Positions 19,795 through 30,453 of a stretch of 51,123 bases of DNA are shown here, piece after piece. Source of the DNA: a virus (taxonomy: Duplodnaviria; Heunggongvirae; Uroviricota; Caudoviricetes); the IMG/VR virus record IMGVR_UViG_638341087_000015, positions 1 through 51,123 of that record. The stretch is one strand, 5' to 3'. The notes beneath the pieces were generated by a model. The model worked only from the letters and a program-made list of their open reading frames with translations. It did not search any database and was not told the DNA's origin. The position numbers and the translations under genes were made by a program. Every line of letters begins with the position of its first letter. The stretch's first letter is position 1.

Positions 19795-20010
19795 ATGAAA
19801 TCCATGGATAAGTTAACAACGGGTGTCGCCTATGGCACCTCCGCAGGCAGTGCTGGCTACTGGTTTTTACAGTTGCTCGATAGAGTAACTCCGTCACAGT
19901 GGGCTGCAATCGGTGTGCTGGGTAGTCTGGTTTTTGGCCTGCTGACGTACCTGACAAACCTTTATTTCAAGATTAAAGAAGATAAGCGCAAGGCTGCGAG
20001 AGGTGAATAA
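19795..20010 (+). CDS. Class II holin, phage-21 S-like pinholin (71 aa)
   Basis: MKSMDK...[13 protein letters not shown]...[13 protein letters not shown] matches my recollection of S21; tracked ORF start 19702 lies in hairpin-rich non-coding sequence. Confidence 0.8.
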   Translation: MKSMDKLTTGVAYGTSAGSAGYWFLQLLDRVTPSQWAAIGVLGSLVFGLLTYLTNLYFKIKEDKRKAARGE

Positions 20011-20507
20011 TGCCTCCATCATTACGAAAAGCCGTTGCTGCTGCTATTGGTGGCGGAGCAATTGCTATAGCATCAGTGTTAATCACTGGCCCAAGTGGTA
20101 ACGATGGTCTGGAAGGTGTCAGCTACATACCATACAAAGATATTGTTGGTGTATGGACTGTATGTCACGGGCATACAGGAAAAGACATCATGCTCGGTAA
20201 AACGTATACCAAAGCAGAATGCAAAGCACTCTTGAATAAAGACCTTGCCACTGTCGCCAGACAAATTAACCCGTACATCAAAGTCGATATACCGGAAACA
20301 ACGCGCGGCGCTCTTTACTCATTCGTTTACAACGTGGGTGCTGGCAATTTCAGAACATCGACGCTTCTTCGCAAAATAAACCAGGGCGATATCAAAGGCG
20401 CATGTGATCAGCTACGTCGCTGGACATATGCTGGCGGTAAGCAATGGAAAGGTCTCATGACTCGTCGTGAGATTGAGCGTGAAATCTGTTTGTGGGGTCA
20501 GCAATGA
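20010..20507 (+). CDS. SAR endolysin (lysozyme, phage-21 R-like)
   Basis: N-terminal Gly/Ala-rich signal-anchor-release segment then lysozyme core; start overlaps the holin stop (TAATG). Confidence 0.8.
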   Translation: MPPSLRKAVAAAIGGGAIAIASVLITGPSGNDGLEGVSYIPYKDIVGVWTVCHGHTGKDIMLGKTYTKAECKALLNKDLATVARQINPYIKVDIPETTRGALYSFVYNVGAGNFRTSTLLRKINQGDIKGACDQLRRWTYAGGKQWKGLMTRREIEREICLWGQQ

Positions 20508-20968
20508 ACAGAGTAACCGCGATTATCTCCGCTCTGGTTATCTGCATCATCGTCTGCCTGTCATGGGCTGTTAATCATTACCGTGATAACGCCATTACCT
20601 ACAAAGCCCAGCGCGACAAAAATGCCAGAGAACTGAAGCTGGCGAACGCGGCAATTACTGACATGCAGATGCGTCAGCGTGATGTTGCTGCGCTCGATGC
20701 AAAATACACGAAGGAGTTAGCTGATGCGAAAGCTGAAAATGATGCTCTGCGTGATGATGTTGCCGCTGGTCGTCGTCGGTTGCACATCAAAGCAGTCTGT
20801 CAGTCAGTGCGTGAAGCCACCACCGCCTCCGGCGTGGATAATGCAGCCTCCCCCCGACTGGCAGACACCGCTGAACGGGATTATTTCACCCTCCGGGAAC
20901 GACTGGTAATGATGCAGGCCCAACTTGAAGGTGCTCAGCAATACATAACCGAACAGTGTTTAAAGTAA
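20504..20968 (+). CDS. Spanin inner-membrane subunit Rz
   Basis: N-terminal TM segment and coiled-coil; ATG at 20504 overlaps the endolysin stop (ATGA). Confidence 0.75.
   Translation: MNRVTAIISALVICIIVCLSWAVNHYRDNAITYKAQRDKNARELKLANAAITDMQMRQRDVAALDAKYTKELADAKAENDALRDDVAAGRRRLHIKAVCQSVREATTASGVDNAASPRLADTAERDYFTLRERLVMMQAQLEGAQQYITEQCLK
20724..20909 (+). CDS. Spanin outer-membrane lipoprotein Rz1 (embedded in Rz, +1 frame)
   Basis: Lipobox LVVVGC, proline-rich PPPPP segment, AAGGAG RBS at 20711..20716; entirely inside Rz. Confidence 0.75.
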   Translation: MRKLKMMLCVMMLPLVVVGCTSKQSVSQCVKPPPPPAWIMQPPPDWQTPLNGIISPSGNDW

Positions 20969-21105
20969 AATCTTAACTACAATATGATTCATTTTGATGA
21001 TTGTTTCATAAGGAACAGTGAAGTAAGATCTAAGAGGAGTTAAATTTTATACAGTATAATCATAATATTGCAGCAAGGTGGTTATAATTGAAAGAATATT
21101 TAGAT

Positions 21106-22563
21106 ATGAATACATCTCATGTAAGAGTTGTTACTCATATGTGTGGGTTCCTGGTTTGGCTCTATAGTCTTTCAATGTTGCCACCAATGGTTGTAGCATT
21201 GTTTTATAAAGAAAAAAGCCTGTTCGTTTTCTTTATAACTTTCGTTATATTTTTTTGCATTGGTGGCGGAGCGTGGTATACAACTAAGAAATCTGGCATT
21301 CAATTACGTACCCGTGATGGGTTTATTATAATTGTAATGTTTTGGATTTTGTTTTCTGTTATTAGTGCATTCCCTTTATGGATTGACTCAGAACTTAATT
21401 TAACGTTCATTGATGCTCTGTTTGAAGGGGTTTCTGGAATAACAACAACAGGAGCAACTGTAATTGATGATGTTAGTTCATTACCTCGGGCATATTTGTA
21501 CTATCGGTCACAGTTAAATTTTATAGGTGGTTTAGGAGTTATTGTTCTGGCGGTTGCTGTATTGCCATTATTGGGTATTGGTGGTGCAAAGCTTTATCAG
21601 TCAGAAATGCCGGGGCCATTTAAGGATGACAAACTCACTCCCCGCCTGGCCGATACGTCACGGACACTGTGGATAACTTATTCTTTATTAGGTATTGCTT
21701 GTATTGTCTGTTATAGACTTGCAGGAATGCCTTTGTTTGATGCTATTTGTCACGGGATTTCCACAGTTTCGCTTGGTGGTTTCTCAACTCATAGCGAGAG
21801 TATCGGATATTTTAATAACTATTTGGTTGAGCTGGTTGCTGGTTCTTTTTCCCTGCTATCGGCTTTCAACTTCACTCTTTGGTATATTGTTATTAGCAGG
21901 AAAACGATAAAACCTTTAATCAGAGATATTGAACTTCGTTTCTTTCTGTTAATAGCCTTAGGGGTGATCATTGTTACCTCTTTCCAGGTCTGGCATATAG
22001 GTATGTATGACTTGCATGGAAGTTTTATTCATTCGTTTTTTCTTGCCAGCTCCATGCTCACTGATAATGGTTTAGCTACGCAGGATTATGCAAACTGGCC
22101 CACGCACACGATAGTGTTTTTGCTGTTGTCAAGTTTCTTTGGGGGATGTATAGGTTCAACTTGTGGTGGAATTAAGTCACTTCGATTTCTTATACTTTTC
22201 AAACAAAGCAAACACGAGATAAATCAGCTTTCTCATCCCAGAGCGTTGTTGAGTGTAAATGTAGGAGGGAAGATAGTTACAGATCGTGTAATGAGGTCTG
22301 TATGGAGTTTCTTTTTTCTTTATACTCTCTTCACGGTGTTTTTTATACTGGTGTTAAATGGTATGGGATATGATTTTCTTACATCATTTGCAACAGTGGC
22401 TGCATGTATTAATAATATGGGATTAGGTTTTGGGGCTACTGCATCGTCATTCGGAGTGCTTAATGACATTGCAAAATATTTAATGTGCATAGCTATGATT
22501 CTTGGTCGCCTTGAAATTTATCCTGTTATTATATTGTTTTCAGGTTTTTTTTGGCGCTCCTAA
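21106..22563 (+). CDS. trkG: Trk-family potassium uptake membrane protein TrkG-like (485 aa)
   Basis: Polytopic membrane protein with repeated pore-loop glycine motifs (TTTGATV, GLGV, LGGFS, CGGIKS); AT-rich; Rac is known to carry trkG. Confidence 0.8.
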   Translation: MNTSHVRVVTHMCGFLVWLYSLSMLPPMVVALFYKEKSLFVFFITFVIFFCIGGGAWYTTKKSGIQLRTRDGFIIIVMFWILFSVISAFPLWIDSELNLTFIDALFEGVSGITTTGATVIDDVSSLPRAYLYYRSQLNFIGGLGVIVLAVAVLPLLGIGGAKLYQSEMPGPFKDDKLTPRLADTSRTLWITYSLLGIACIVCYRLAGMPLFDAICHGISTVSLGGFSTHSESIGYFNNYLVELVAGSFSLLSAFNFTLWYIVISRKTIKPLIRDIELRFFLLIALGVIIVTSFQVWHIGMYDLHGSFIHSFFLASSMLTDNGLATQDYANWPTHTIVFLLLSSFFGGCIGSTCGGIKSLRFLILFKQSKHEINQLSHPRALLSVNVGGKIVTDRVMRSVWSFFFLYTLFTVFFILVLNGMGYDFLTSFATVAACINNMGLGFGATASSFGVLNDIAKYLMCIAMILGRLEIYPVIILFSGFFWRS

Positions 22564-22700
22564 TATATGGCTGATTTATAATTGTGAGTTTAATATTATA
22601 TTGACTCACTCATTGATCCAATACCTAACTTTACCAGCAACACCTCCGCCCCCAGTAGCACTGGCTGCTGGGGTGCGTTTTATTCATAAAGCAAGGCTGT

Positions 22701-23489
22701 ATGAGCGAGAAATTAAAGATAGTCTATCGCCCATTACAAGAATTGTCACCGTATGCGCACAACGCCAGGACGCACAGTACTGAGCAGGTGGCACAACTGG
22801 TAGAAAGTATTAAGCAATTCGGCTGGACTAATCCGGTGCTGATTGACGAAAAGGGCGAAATTATTGCGGGTCACGGTCGTGTTATGGCGGCTGAAATGCT
22901 CAAAATGGATTCTGTTCCGGTCATTGTTCTGTCTGGCCTGACGGATGAGCAGAAAAAGGCGTACCGCCTGGCAGATAATCGCCTACCGATGAATGCTGGC
23001 TGGGATGAAGATCTGTTGCGGATGGAGCTGTCGGACCTAATCAATGCTGATTTTGATGTCTCCCTGACAGGCTTCGGCCCGACAGAAATTGATGAACTGT
23101 TGACGGATGTTTTGCCCGGTACAGGAAATAAGGAGGAGCCGTATACGACGAAAATTGATACGCCTGTTTATGAGCCGTCGGGCGGTAAACCGGATATCAG
23201 TGAACTGTACGACGATACGAAAACTCAGGAGCTGATCAGCCGGATACGTTCGGCGTCCCTTGATCCTGATATTGAGAAATTCCTCCTGTGTGCGGCAGAA
23301 CGTCACACGGTGTTTAATTTCAGCAGAATTGCGGACTATTACGCTCATGCCCCCGCTGAAATTCAGTGCCTTTTCGAGGAGTCGGCGCTGGTGATCATTG
23401 ATTATCAGCAGGCTATTGAAAATGGATTTGTCCGAATGACGCAGCGCATGGTGGCGATCATGCATAGCGGGGAGGAGGAATATGCGTGA
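22701..23489 (+). CDS. ParB-like nuclease domain protein
   Basis: N-terminal ParB/Srx-like motif NPVLIDEKGEIIAGHGRVMAA. Confidence 0.65.
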   Translation: MSEKLKIVYRPLQELSPYAHNARTHSTEQVAQLVESIKQFGWTNPVLIDEKGEIIAGHGRVMAAEMLKMDSVPVIVLSGLTDEQKKAYRLADNRLPMNAGWDEDLLRMELSDLINADFDVSLTGFGPTEIDELLTDVLPGTGNKEEPYTTKIDTPVYEPSGGKPDISELYDDTKTQELISRIRSASLDPDIEKFLLCAAERHTVFNFSRIADYYAHAPAEIQCLFEESALVIIDYQQAIENGFVRMTQRMVAIMHSGEEEYA

Positions 23490-24414
23490 TGATTTTTGCG
23501 CCTTTATTCTGACTCACGGGCGACCGGACAAAGTTCTGACTTACCGGACGTTGCGTCGTGCTGGCTATACCGGGAAAATTTTTATCGTTGTTGATGATGA
23601 AGATAAGACACGGCATCAGTACATGGCTGAATTTGGTGAACAGGTGCTGGTATTTTCCAAAGCCGATATTGCCAGTCGTTTTGACGAAGCCGATAATTTT
23701 GGTGACCGCCGCTCAATTTTTTACGCCCGTAATGCCTGTTTCGACCTGGCAAAACTGGTCGGGTGTAAATACTTCATTCAGCTCGATGATGATTATCACG
23801 AGTTCCAGTTTCGGGTGGATCGCAACTATGACCAGGCCTATTTCCCGATAAGGAAACTGGATGCGATCCTTTCTGAAATGCTGGCGTATTACGAATCAAT
23901 ACCCGCGCTTTCCATCGCTATGTCGCAGGGCGGGGATTTTCTTGGTGACAATGGCGGCCATGCTTCGTGGGTGAAACGCAAGGCAATGAACAGCTTTATC
24001 TGTTCGGTTGATCGACCGTTCTCATTCATGGGGCGCATTAACGAGGATGTGAATACGTACACGAATCTCGGTCGCTGTGGTGAATTGTTTATGACGATCG
24101 GTGCTGTCCAGTTAGGGCAGAAACAGACGCAGAAAAACAGCGGCGGAATGACCGAGCTGTATCTGGATTCCGGAACCTACGTTAAAAGTTTTTACTCCGT
24201 CATGTATGCGCCGTCGTGCGTAAAAATCTCACTGATGGGTGCCAGCCATAAACGCATTCACCATCAGGTCACCTGGAACAACGCTGCAGTAAAAATCCTT
24301 CACGAAAAATACAGGAAGAAGACACCCTGCATATCAATGGGGGTGACAAATGATTCCGTATTCGAAAGTCGAGTCTCTGGCAGCGTGCCGGATGACTGCA
24401 CAACAAATCGCTGA
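23482..24414 (+). CDS. Hypothetical protein with DxD motif (possible GT-A-like transferase fold)
   Basis: IFIVVDDEDK strand and FIQLDDDYHEF DxD motif; start overlaps the ParB-like stop; preceded by GGAGGAGG. Confidence 0.45.
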   Translation: MRDDFCAFILTHGRPDKVLTYRTLRRAGYTGKIFIVVDDEDKTRHQYMAEFGEQVLVFSKADIASRFDEADNFGDRRSIFYARNACFDLAKLVGCKYFIQLDDDYHEFQFRVDRNYDQAYFPIRKLDAILSEMLAYYESIPALSIAMSQGGDFLGDNGGHASWVKRKAMNSFICSVDRPFSFMGRINEDVNTYTNLGRCGELFMTIGAVQLGQKQTQKNSGGMTELYLDSGTYVKSFYSVMYAPSCVKISLMGASHKRIHHQVTWNNAAVKILHEKYRKKTPCISMGVTNDSVFESRVSGSVPDDCTTNR

Positions 24415-24601
24415 CGTTCTGGATGTTGATCTGAACCGACTGAAAGAAAATCGGGAAGCAATGACAGATTTTTATGCGGCCATCCGTAAGGGCAGAGCGA
24501 AAGGTGAAGCCGAGTTACGAGCGGCATTGTTTAAGCTTGCCAGAAAAGGGGATGCCTTTGCTCTGCGCGAACTACTCAGGGTGGATAAAAATCAGGACTA
24601 A
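24350..24601 (+). CDS. Small HTH-like protein upstream of terminase
   Basis: 83-aa ORF with GGGGG upstream; overlaps the previous gene by 65 nt, so the start is uncertain. Confidence 0.35.
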   Translation: MIPYSKVESLAACRMTAQQIADVLDVDLNRLKENREAMTDFYAAIRKGRAKGEAELRAALFKLARKGDAFALRELLRVDKNQD

Positions 24602-24604
24602 CTG

Positions 24605-25699
24605 ATGAGCAGACCGGACTGGGGGGCGTTGCAGCAGGAGTATATTGCTGAATACACCCGCTCCGGTATATCTCCGGTGGCATGGTGTGAAGCAAGGGGA
24701 CTGAACTACGCAACAGCCCGTCGTTACATCAAAAAAACTCCGAAAAATGCGCAGAAAGAAATGCGCAAAACTGCGCAAAAAAGTGCGCGAAAAAAAACTG
24801 CGCAGACTGCGCAAAGGCAGAACGGAAAATCTCAGAAAAAAAAGGCTGTATCCGATGCACTCCTGATTGAGGGGGACACGGAAGAAATTTCGTTCTGCCC
24901 CGATGAATTCGGTATTTCTGACCAGCAGGCAAAATTCGCCATGTTGGTTGCTCAGGGGAAAAAGCCGACAGAGGCATACCGACTGGCTGGTTATGAGGGG
25001 CAAGGTGCGACAGCTAACAGCAACGCCAGCCGTATGCTTAGAAATGCCAGGGTTTATCGTGCTATCAGCTACTTCCGCAATCAGTACCAGAAACGCTATA
25101 CCGCAGACCTGGATTTACTGGTGAGCCAGTTGATGGCCATTGTCCAGGCCGACCCCAATCAGTTGGCACAATTTCGCCGTGTTAACTGCCGTTATTGCTG
25201 GGGCGAGAATCATCTCTACCAGTGGCGTGATATTGCAGAATTCGATAAGGCTGCGGCACAGGCCTCCAGAGATGGTAAACCCGAGCCGGAATATGGAGGC
25301 CTCGGCTTTGTTGATAACGCCATACCCAATCCGGATTGCCCGAAGTGCTGCGGTGAGGGAACGGGACAGCTTTATATGGCTGATACCACACTGCTTGATG
25401 GGGATGCGCGGCAATTATATGCAGGGTCAAAGCTCGGAAAATACGGTGTTGAGATCCTGCTGGAGGATAAGGCTGCCGCCCGGCGTGAATTGTTGCGTTT
25501 GCTTTCTGCTGGCGGGGCATTATGTGCAGATAAGCAGCTACAGGAACTGGAAATTGAACGGCGCAGAATAGAAAACCAGAAGCTGCGCAAAGAGATCGAA
25601 ACGGTGGAGGATAATGAACATCCCCAGCCTGTGGCGATCAATATTAATGTGGTTGATGCCAGATTAAGGAGTGATGAAGATGATCTCTCCGACGCTTAA
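24605..25699 (+). CDS. Terminase small subunit
   Basis: Central AYRLAGY...NASRMLRNARV segment typical of small terminase subunits, plus C-terminal CxxC...CPKCC zinc-ribbon; precedes the large subunit. Confidence 0.65.
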   Translation: MSRPDWGALQQEYIAEYTRSGISPVAWCEARGLNYATARRYIKKTPKNAQKEMRKTAQKSARKKTAQTAQRQNGKSQKKKAVSDALLIEGDTEEISFCPDEFGISDQQAKFAMLVAQGKKPTEAYRLAGYEGQGATANSNASRMLRNARVYRAISYFRNQYQKRYTADLDLLVSQLMAIVQADPNQLAQFRRVNCRYCWGENHLYQWRDIAEFDKAAAQASRDGKPEPEYGGLGFVDNAIPNPDCPKCCGEGTGQLYMADTTLLDGDARQLYAGSKLGKYGVEILLEDKAAARRELLRLLSAGGALCADKQLQELEIERRRIENQKLRKEIETVEDNEHPQPVAININVVDARLRSDEDDLSDA

Positions 25700-26981
25700 T
25701 GTGCCTCAGGCGCGATTTCTTTCAATGCCCCATAAATTTAAAGCCTATATTGCTGGTTTTGGCTCGGGCAAAACATGGGTTGGGTGTGGCGGCATATGCA
25801 AGGGGATTTGGGAGCATCCAGGTATAAATCAGGGATATTTTGCGCCAACGTATCCCCAAATTCGCGATATTTTTTACCCTACAGTGGAAGAAGTTGCTGC
25901 TGACTGGGGATTGAACGTAAAAATTAATGAGGGAAATAAAGAGGTTCACTTTTATTACGGACGCCAGTATCGGGGAACCACTATCTGCAGATCGATGGAG
26001 AAGCCACAAACGATCGTCGGTTTCAAAATTGGTAATGCGCTGGTGGATGAACTGGACATTTTGCCGAAGGAAAAAGCCAGAACGGCGTGGCGCAAGATAA
26101 TTGCGCGTATGCGTTATAAGATTGATGGACTTCGCAACGGTATTGACGTTACAACCACGCCGGAAGGATTCAAATTTGTCTACGAGCAGTTTGTTAAAGC
26201 CGTGCGTGAAAAAACAGAGCTGGCCTCACTGTATGGTCTGGTGCAGGCATCTACTTTCGATAATGAAAAGAACCTGCCAGCAGATTACATTCCTTCACTT
26301 CTTGAATCATACCCTCCAGAGCTGATTAAAGCCTATCTTCTAGGACGGTTTACTAACCTGACAAGTGGTACTGTTTACCATCAGTTTGACCGGAAACTGA
26401 ATAATTGCGAAGAAGTGGAGCAGCCAGGGGAGCCGATTTATATTGGGATGGATTTTAACGTTGGAAAGATGGCGGGAATCGTCCATGTGCTGCGTTTGGG
26501 GCTTCCATGTGCGGTAACTGAAATCATCAATGCCTACGATACGCCGGATATGATCCGCCTCATTAAAGAACGCTTCTGGCTGTATGACGGGCATGATTAC
26601 CGGAAAGTGAGGGAGATTTATATTTATCCAGATGCTTCCGGAGATTCCAGAAAATCAAGTAACGCAAGTACGACGGATATAGCCCAGCTTAAGCAGGCAG
26701 GTTTTAACGTTGTGGTGAACAGCTCGAACCCGCCAGTAAAAGATCGCGTTAACTCAATGAATGCAATGTTCTGCAATGCCAATGGTGAGCGTCGCTATAA
26801 AGTTAATGTGAAGCGTTGTCCGGTATATGCCGAATCTCTGGAGCAACAGGTCTGGGATGATAAGGGGGAGCCTGATAAAAAATCTGGCAATGATCACCCG
26901 AATGATGCCGGAGGTTATTTCATCGTTAAGCAATTCCCTATTGTCAAACCGACCGGAAGAGTCACATCACTTCGGATTTAA
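25680..26981 (+). CDS. Terminase large subunit
   Basis: Walker A AGFGSGKT and C-terminal nuclease-like region; the ATG at 25680 has AAGGAG 8 nt upstream. Confidence 0.8.
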   Translation: MISPTLNVPQARFLSMPHKFKAYIAGFGSGKTWVGCGGICKGIWEHPGINQGYFAPTYPQIRDIFYPTVEEVAADWGLNVKINEGNKEVHFYYGRQYRGTTICRSMEKPQTIVGFKIGNALVDELDILPKEKARTAWRKIIARMRYKIDGLRNGIDVTTTPEGFKFVYEQFVKAVREKTELASLYGLVQASTFDNEKNLPADYIPSLLESYPPELIKAYLLGRFTNLTSGTVYHQFDRKLNNCEEVEQPGEPIYIGMDFNVGKMAGIVHVLRLGLPCAVTEIINAYDTPDMIRLIKERFWLYDGHDYRKVREIYIYPDASGDSRKSSNASTTDIAQLKQAGFNVVVNSSNPPVKDRVNSMNAMFCNANGERRYKVNVKRCPVYAESLEQQVWDDKGEPDKKSGNDHPNDAGGYFIVKQFPIVKPTGRVTSLRI

Positions 26982-26983
26982 TT

Positions 26984-28390
26984 ATGGCTGATATATCAAC
27001 ACCCAACCTCGACTATAACGATATGCTGGAGGCGTGGGATATTAACGACGCATTGATGGGCGGTACGCTTGAAATGCGCAGGCAGGGGGAAAATTATCTC
27101 CCCAAATGGCCTAATGAAGATGAAGACGCTTATAAAAAACGCCTGTCTGTGGCTACGCTACTTCCTGTGTATGAAGAAAGCATCAAACAAAATATTGGGC
27201 GCATATTTGCAGAGCCGACAGTATTGAGTGAGGAAACGCCGGAAAAAATCAGGGAATATGCAGAAAATATCGACATGGAGGGGAGCCGACTGGATGTGTG
27301 GGCGCAGCAATTTTTCAGTCTCGCATTTCAGTATGGTGTGGCACATGCGCTGGTGGACTATCCACGAACGGATATGAACGAGATTCGGACAAAAGCCGAT
27401 GAAAACGCGGCCGGTGGTCGCCCGTACGTTACGATGCTGAATCCACGCCAGGTTATTGGATGGAAATCGAAAGTTGAAAAAGGGAAAGTTGTTCTCACTG
27501 ATTTGCGTATAAAAGAGGTCATCATTATTGATGGTGATGATTTCGGGCAGAAGAAGGTGGAGCAGATCCGCCATATTATGCCCCGTCGAGTAGAAATTTA
27601 TCGACGCAGCGAAGGTACTAATGGCGAATCTGTCTGGATGCTTCATGAGTCATGGAATACCAGCCGTGATGATATTCCTCTGGTAACACTGTATACGAAG
27701 AAAACAGGGTTTATGCGTGGTACACCGCCATTGCTTAATCTTGGCTTGCTGAATATCAAGCACTGGCAAAGCCAGAGCGAGCAGGACAATATTCTTCATG
27801 TTGCCCGCGTTCCATTGCTGGTGGCCTACGGGCTGGACAGGAATGAAGAACTGACGGTTGGTGCATCCACCGCTACGATTTTTGAGGACAGAACAAAAAA
27901 TGGCCTCGAATATGTTGAACATAGTGGCGCAGCGATAGAATCTGGCGAAACATCACTTGAGAAGCTGGAAAATCAGATGCGTCATGCCGGCGCTAAACTT
28001 CTGCGGGCTGAAAATACATCCACCAAATCTGTTGATCAGACTAATGAAGAGCGGATGCAGGAACACTCGCCGCTTTATACAATGGCGAACTCCCTCGAAG
28101 ATGCCCTCGATAATATTCTCCAGATAATGGCGGAATGGAGCGGAGAGAGTTGCGGTGGCAATGTGGATGTGCGCACTGAACTGGATGTATCTGCCCAGGT
28201 GTTTGACTCATCCTCCGCGCTGGCTGTTCAGTCATTGCGTCAGGGCGGTGATATACGTCAGATTGATGCGGTTCGGGTGTTGCAGGCGTTGAAATTTATC
28301 GATCAGGATTCCCGTCCAGAGGAAGTGATCGATGAATTAAAAAATCAGAGTGTAATGCTGATGGAAATCAATGATGCAAACCGTGAATGA
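26984..28390 (+). CDS. Portal protein
   Basis: 468-aa ORF directly after the terminase large subunit. Confidence 0.7.
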   Translation: MADISTPNLDYNDMLEAWDINDALMGGTLEMRRQGENYLPKWPNEDEDAYKKRLSVATLLPVYEESIKQNIGRIFAEPTVLSEETPEKIREYAENIDMEGSRLDVWAQQFFSLAFQYGVAHALVDYPRTDMNEIRTKADENAAGGRPYVTMLNPRQVIGWKSKVEKGKVVLTDLRIKEVIIIDGDDFGQKKVEQIRHIMPRRVEIYRRSEGTNGESVWMLHESWNTSRDDIPLVTLYTKKTGFMRGTPPLLNLGLLNIKHWQSQSEQDNILHVARVPLLVAYGLDRNEELTVGASTATIFEDRTKNGLEYVEHSGAAIESGETSLEKLENQMRHAGAKLLRAENTSTKSVDQTNEERMQEHSPLYTMANSLEDALDNILQIMAEWSGESCGGNVDVRTELDVSAQVFDSSSALAVQSLRQGGDIRQIDAVRVLQALKFIDQDSRPEEVIDELKNQSVMLMEINDANRE

Positions 28391-29486
28391 ACGGCTGCGT
28401 GATGAATCAATTGCTCATGCAGTCTGGATATCCCGCTATAGCACTGGTGTGGCTGCCAGAATGGTGAAAATACTGAATGACAGCGATGCGGAGCTTACAG
28501 CTCGCCTGCTGGTAGCACTGGACAGCCTCGATCCTGGTAGTTTTACCGTTACGCGCCTGGAGTCACTTCTGGCGAGTGTCAGAGAGGTTAACCGCGCTGC
28601 TATTAACAGCATGTTTACCAGTCTCTCCGGAGAGCTGAACGAGCTGGCAATTTATGAGGCTGGTTATCAGTTAAGTCTGTTTGATTCTCTGCTACCTGAT
28701 TTTGTTGCTGATGTTCACCCTCTGGTTGGTATATCTTCTGATGCACTTTACGCCGCTGCAATGGCGCGACCATTCCAGGGACGACTGCTCAGTGAGTGGG
28801 CCTCGGATCTTGAGGCGGATCGGCTCAGACGCATAACAAATACGGTGCGTCAGGGTTTTTTGCTGGGGGATACCAATGAGCAGATCGCAAGAAAAATTCG
28901 GGGACATGTCAGCAAGGGATTTCAGGATGGTGCATTGCAGATGAGCCGGGCTAATGCGGCCAGCATTGCAAAAACAGCGGTTGGACATCTTGCTGCTACT
29001 GCCCGTGAGAGTTTTGCCAGCGCGAATAATGATTTGATTAAGGGTAAGCAATGGTTATCAACGCTTGATAATCGTACTACGCCACAATGTCGAATCAGGG
29101 ATCGCCTCAAATATACGCTGGATAATAAACCTGTAGGTCACAGTGTGCCTTATTTGCATGGGCCGGGAAAAATTCATTTCTGCTGCCGCTCAACGGAAAC
29201 GTTCATTCTGAAATCAGCGAAGGAACTGGGTATTGATGTTCGTGATATTTCCCCGGCTGAGCGGGCCAGCATGGATGGCGTGGTGGCCGGAGATACAACC
29301 TACAGGGAATGGTTTTTGCGTCAGCCTTACACCAGACAAAAACAGATTGTGGGGGAAACCCGGGCAAAGCTGATTCGGGATGGCGGTATGTCGCCAGATG
29401 AATTTTACACCGATAAAGGCGAATGGCTGACGCTGAAGCAACTCCGTGAGCGTGATGCACAGGTATTCAGAAAAGCAGGGATTTAA
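28371..29486 (+). CDS. Head morphogenesis / minor head protein
   Basis: 371-aa ORF after portal, overlapping its end. Confidence 0.55.
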   Translation: MMQTVNERLRDESIAHAVWISRYSTGVAARMVKILNDSDAELTARLLVALDSLDPGSFTVTRLESLLASVREVNRAAINSMFTSLSGELNELAIYEAGYQLSLFDSLLPDFVADVHPLVGISSDALYAAAMARPFQGRLLSEWASDLEADRLRRITNTVRQGFLLGDTNEQIARKIRGHVSKGFQDGALQMSRANAASIAKTAVGHLAATARESFASANNDLIKGKQWLSTLDNRTTPQCRIRDRLKYTLDNKPVGHSVPYLHGPGKIHFCCRSTETFILKSAKELGIDVRDISPAERASMDGVVAGDTTYREWFLRQPYTRQKQIVGETRAKLIRDGGMSPDEFYTDKGEWLTLKQLRERDAQVFRKAGI

Positions 29487-29505
29487 ATAAATCATTTATT
29501 ACAAC

Positions 29506-29530
29506 AGGCTACCTTCGGGTGGCCTTTTTT
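29506..29530 (+). terminator. Intrinsic terminator (UUCG tetraloop hairpin plus T-run)
   Basis: aggctacc-ttcg-ggtggcct followed by tttttt, just after the head morphogenesis stop. Confidence 0.55.
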
Positions 29531-29590
29531 ATTGCTGCGATCCGGATGGTGAGCAGCGTAACTGTCGGAAGACTTAAACCAGGTACTAAT

Positions 29591-30355
29591 ATGAAACTGA
29601 AAACGGTCGAGATTAACGGAAAACAATACGCAGAAATTGATACTGCTGGCCTGCCAGTTTATGTGCACGACGATGGTAAAGAAATCGGCTTCGATGCACC
29701 GCTGGCGATAAAAAAAATTACAGAGCTTAATGGCGAGGCAAAAAATCATCGCCTGGCTAAAGAAGCTGCAGAGGAAAAACTGGCTAAGTTTGCCGCTATC
29801 GAAGACCCGAAGAAGGCGATCGAGGCACTGGAAATGCTGTCAAAAATCGACCAGAAAAAGCTGATCGATGCGGGACAGGTTGACCAGGTTAAGGCAGAAA
29901 TTACGAAAAATTTTCAGCAGCAATTAGATGAAGAAAAGCAACGCTCTCAGATGCTGGAGACGCAGCTTTACGATTCTATGATTGGCGGTAGTTTTGCGGG
30001 TTCAAAATATATTGCCGATAAAATTGCGATCCCGGCAGATTTATTACAAGCCCGCTTCGGGCAGGCATTCAAAGTGGAAGAAGGGAAGATCGTTGCTTAT
30101 GACGCTTCCGGCAACAAAATTTATTCCCGCGCGAAGCCTGGCGAACTGGCGCAGTTTGATGAGGCGCTGGAGTTCCTCGTCGAAAATTACCCTCAGAAAG
30201 ACTACATCCTGAAAGCCAGTGGCAACAATGGCGGCGGCTCCCGTCCGACACAGCATGATGTTGGTCAGAAAACGATGAAACGCTCTGCTTTTGATGCACT
30301 GGATGTTGCAGGTAAGCAAAACGCATTGAAAGACGGTATCACAATTGTTGATTAA
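29591..30355 (+). CDS. Putative head scaffolding protein
   Basis: Alpha-helical, charged protein between the morphogenesis and capsid genes; the tracked start at 29519 lies inside the terminator hairpin. Confidence 0.45.
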   Translation: MKLKTVEINGKQYAEIDTAGLPVYVHDDGKEIGFDAPLAIKKITELNGEAKNHRLAKEAAEEKLAKFAAIEDPKKAIEALEMLSKIDQKKLIDAGQVDQVKAEITKNFQQQLDEEKQRSQMLETQLYDSMIGGSFAGSKYIADKIAIPADLLQARFGQAFKVEEGKIVAYDASGNKIYSRAKPGELAQFDEALEFLVENYPQKDYILKASGNNGGGSRPTQHDVGQKTMKRSAFDALDVAGKQNALKDGITIVD

Positions 30356-30453
30356 CACATTTGTCAGCTTCCGGATGGGAGCTGGTGTCAGGGCTGGATA
30401 GCTCATTACTCCATCTATTCACAATTACGCAAATTTTTAAGGAATATTTAATT

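Noticed and set aside
29519-29590. Upstream extension of the scaffold ORF
   Set aside because: The extension overlaps the terminator hairpin at 29506..29530; the ATG at 29591 is the more plausible start.
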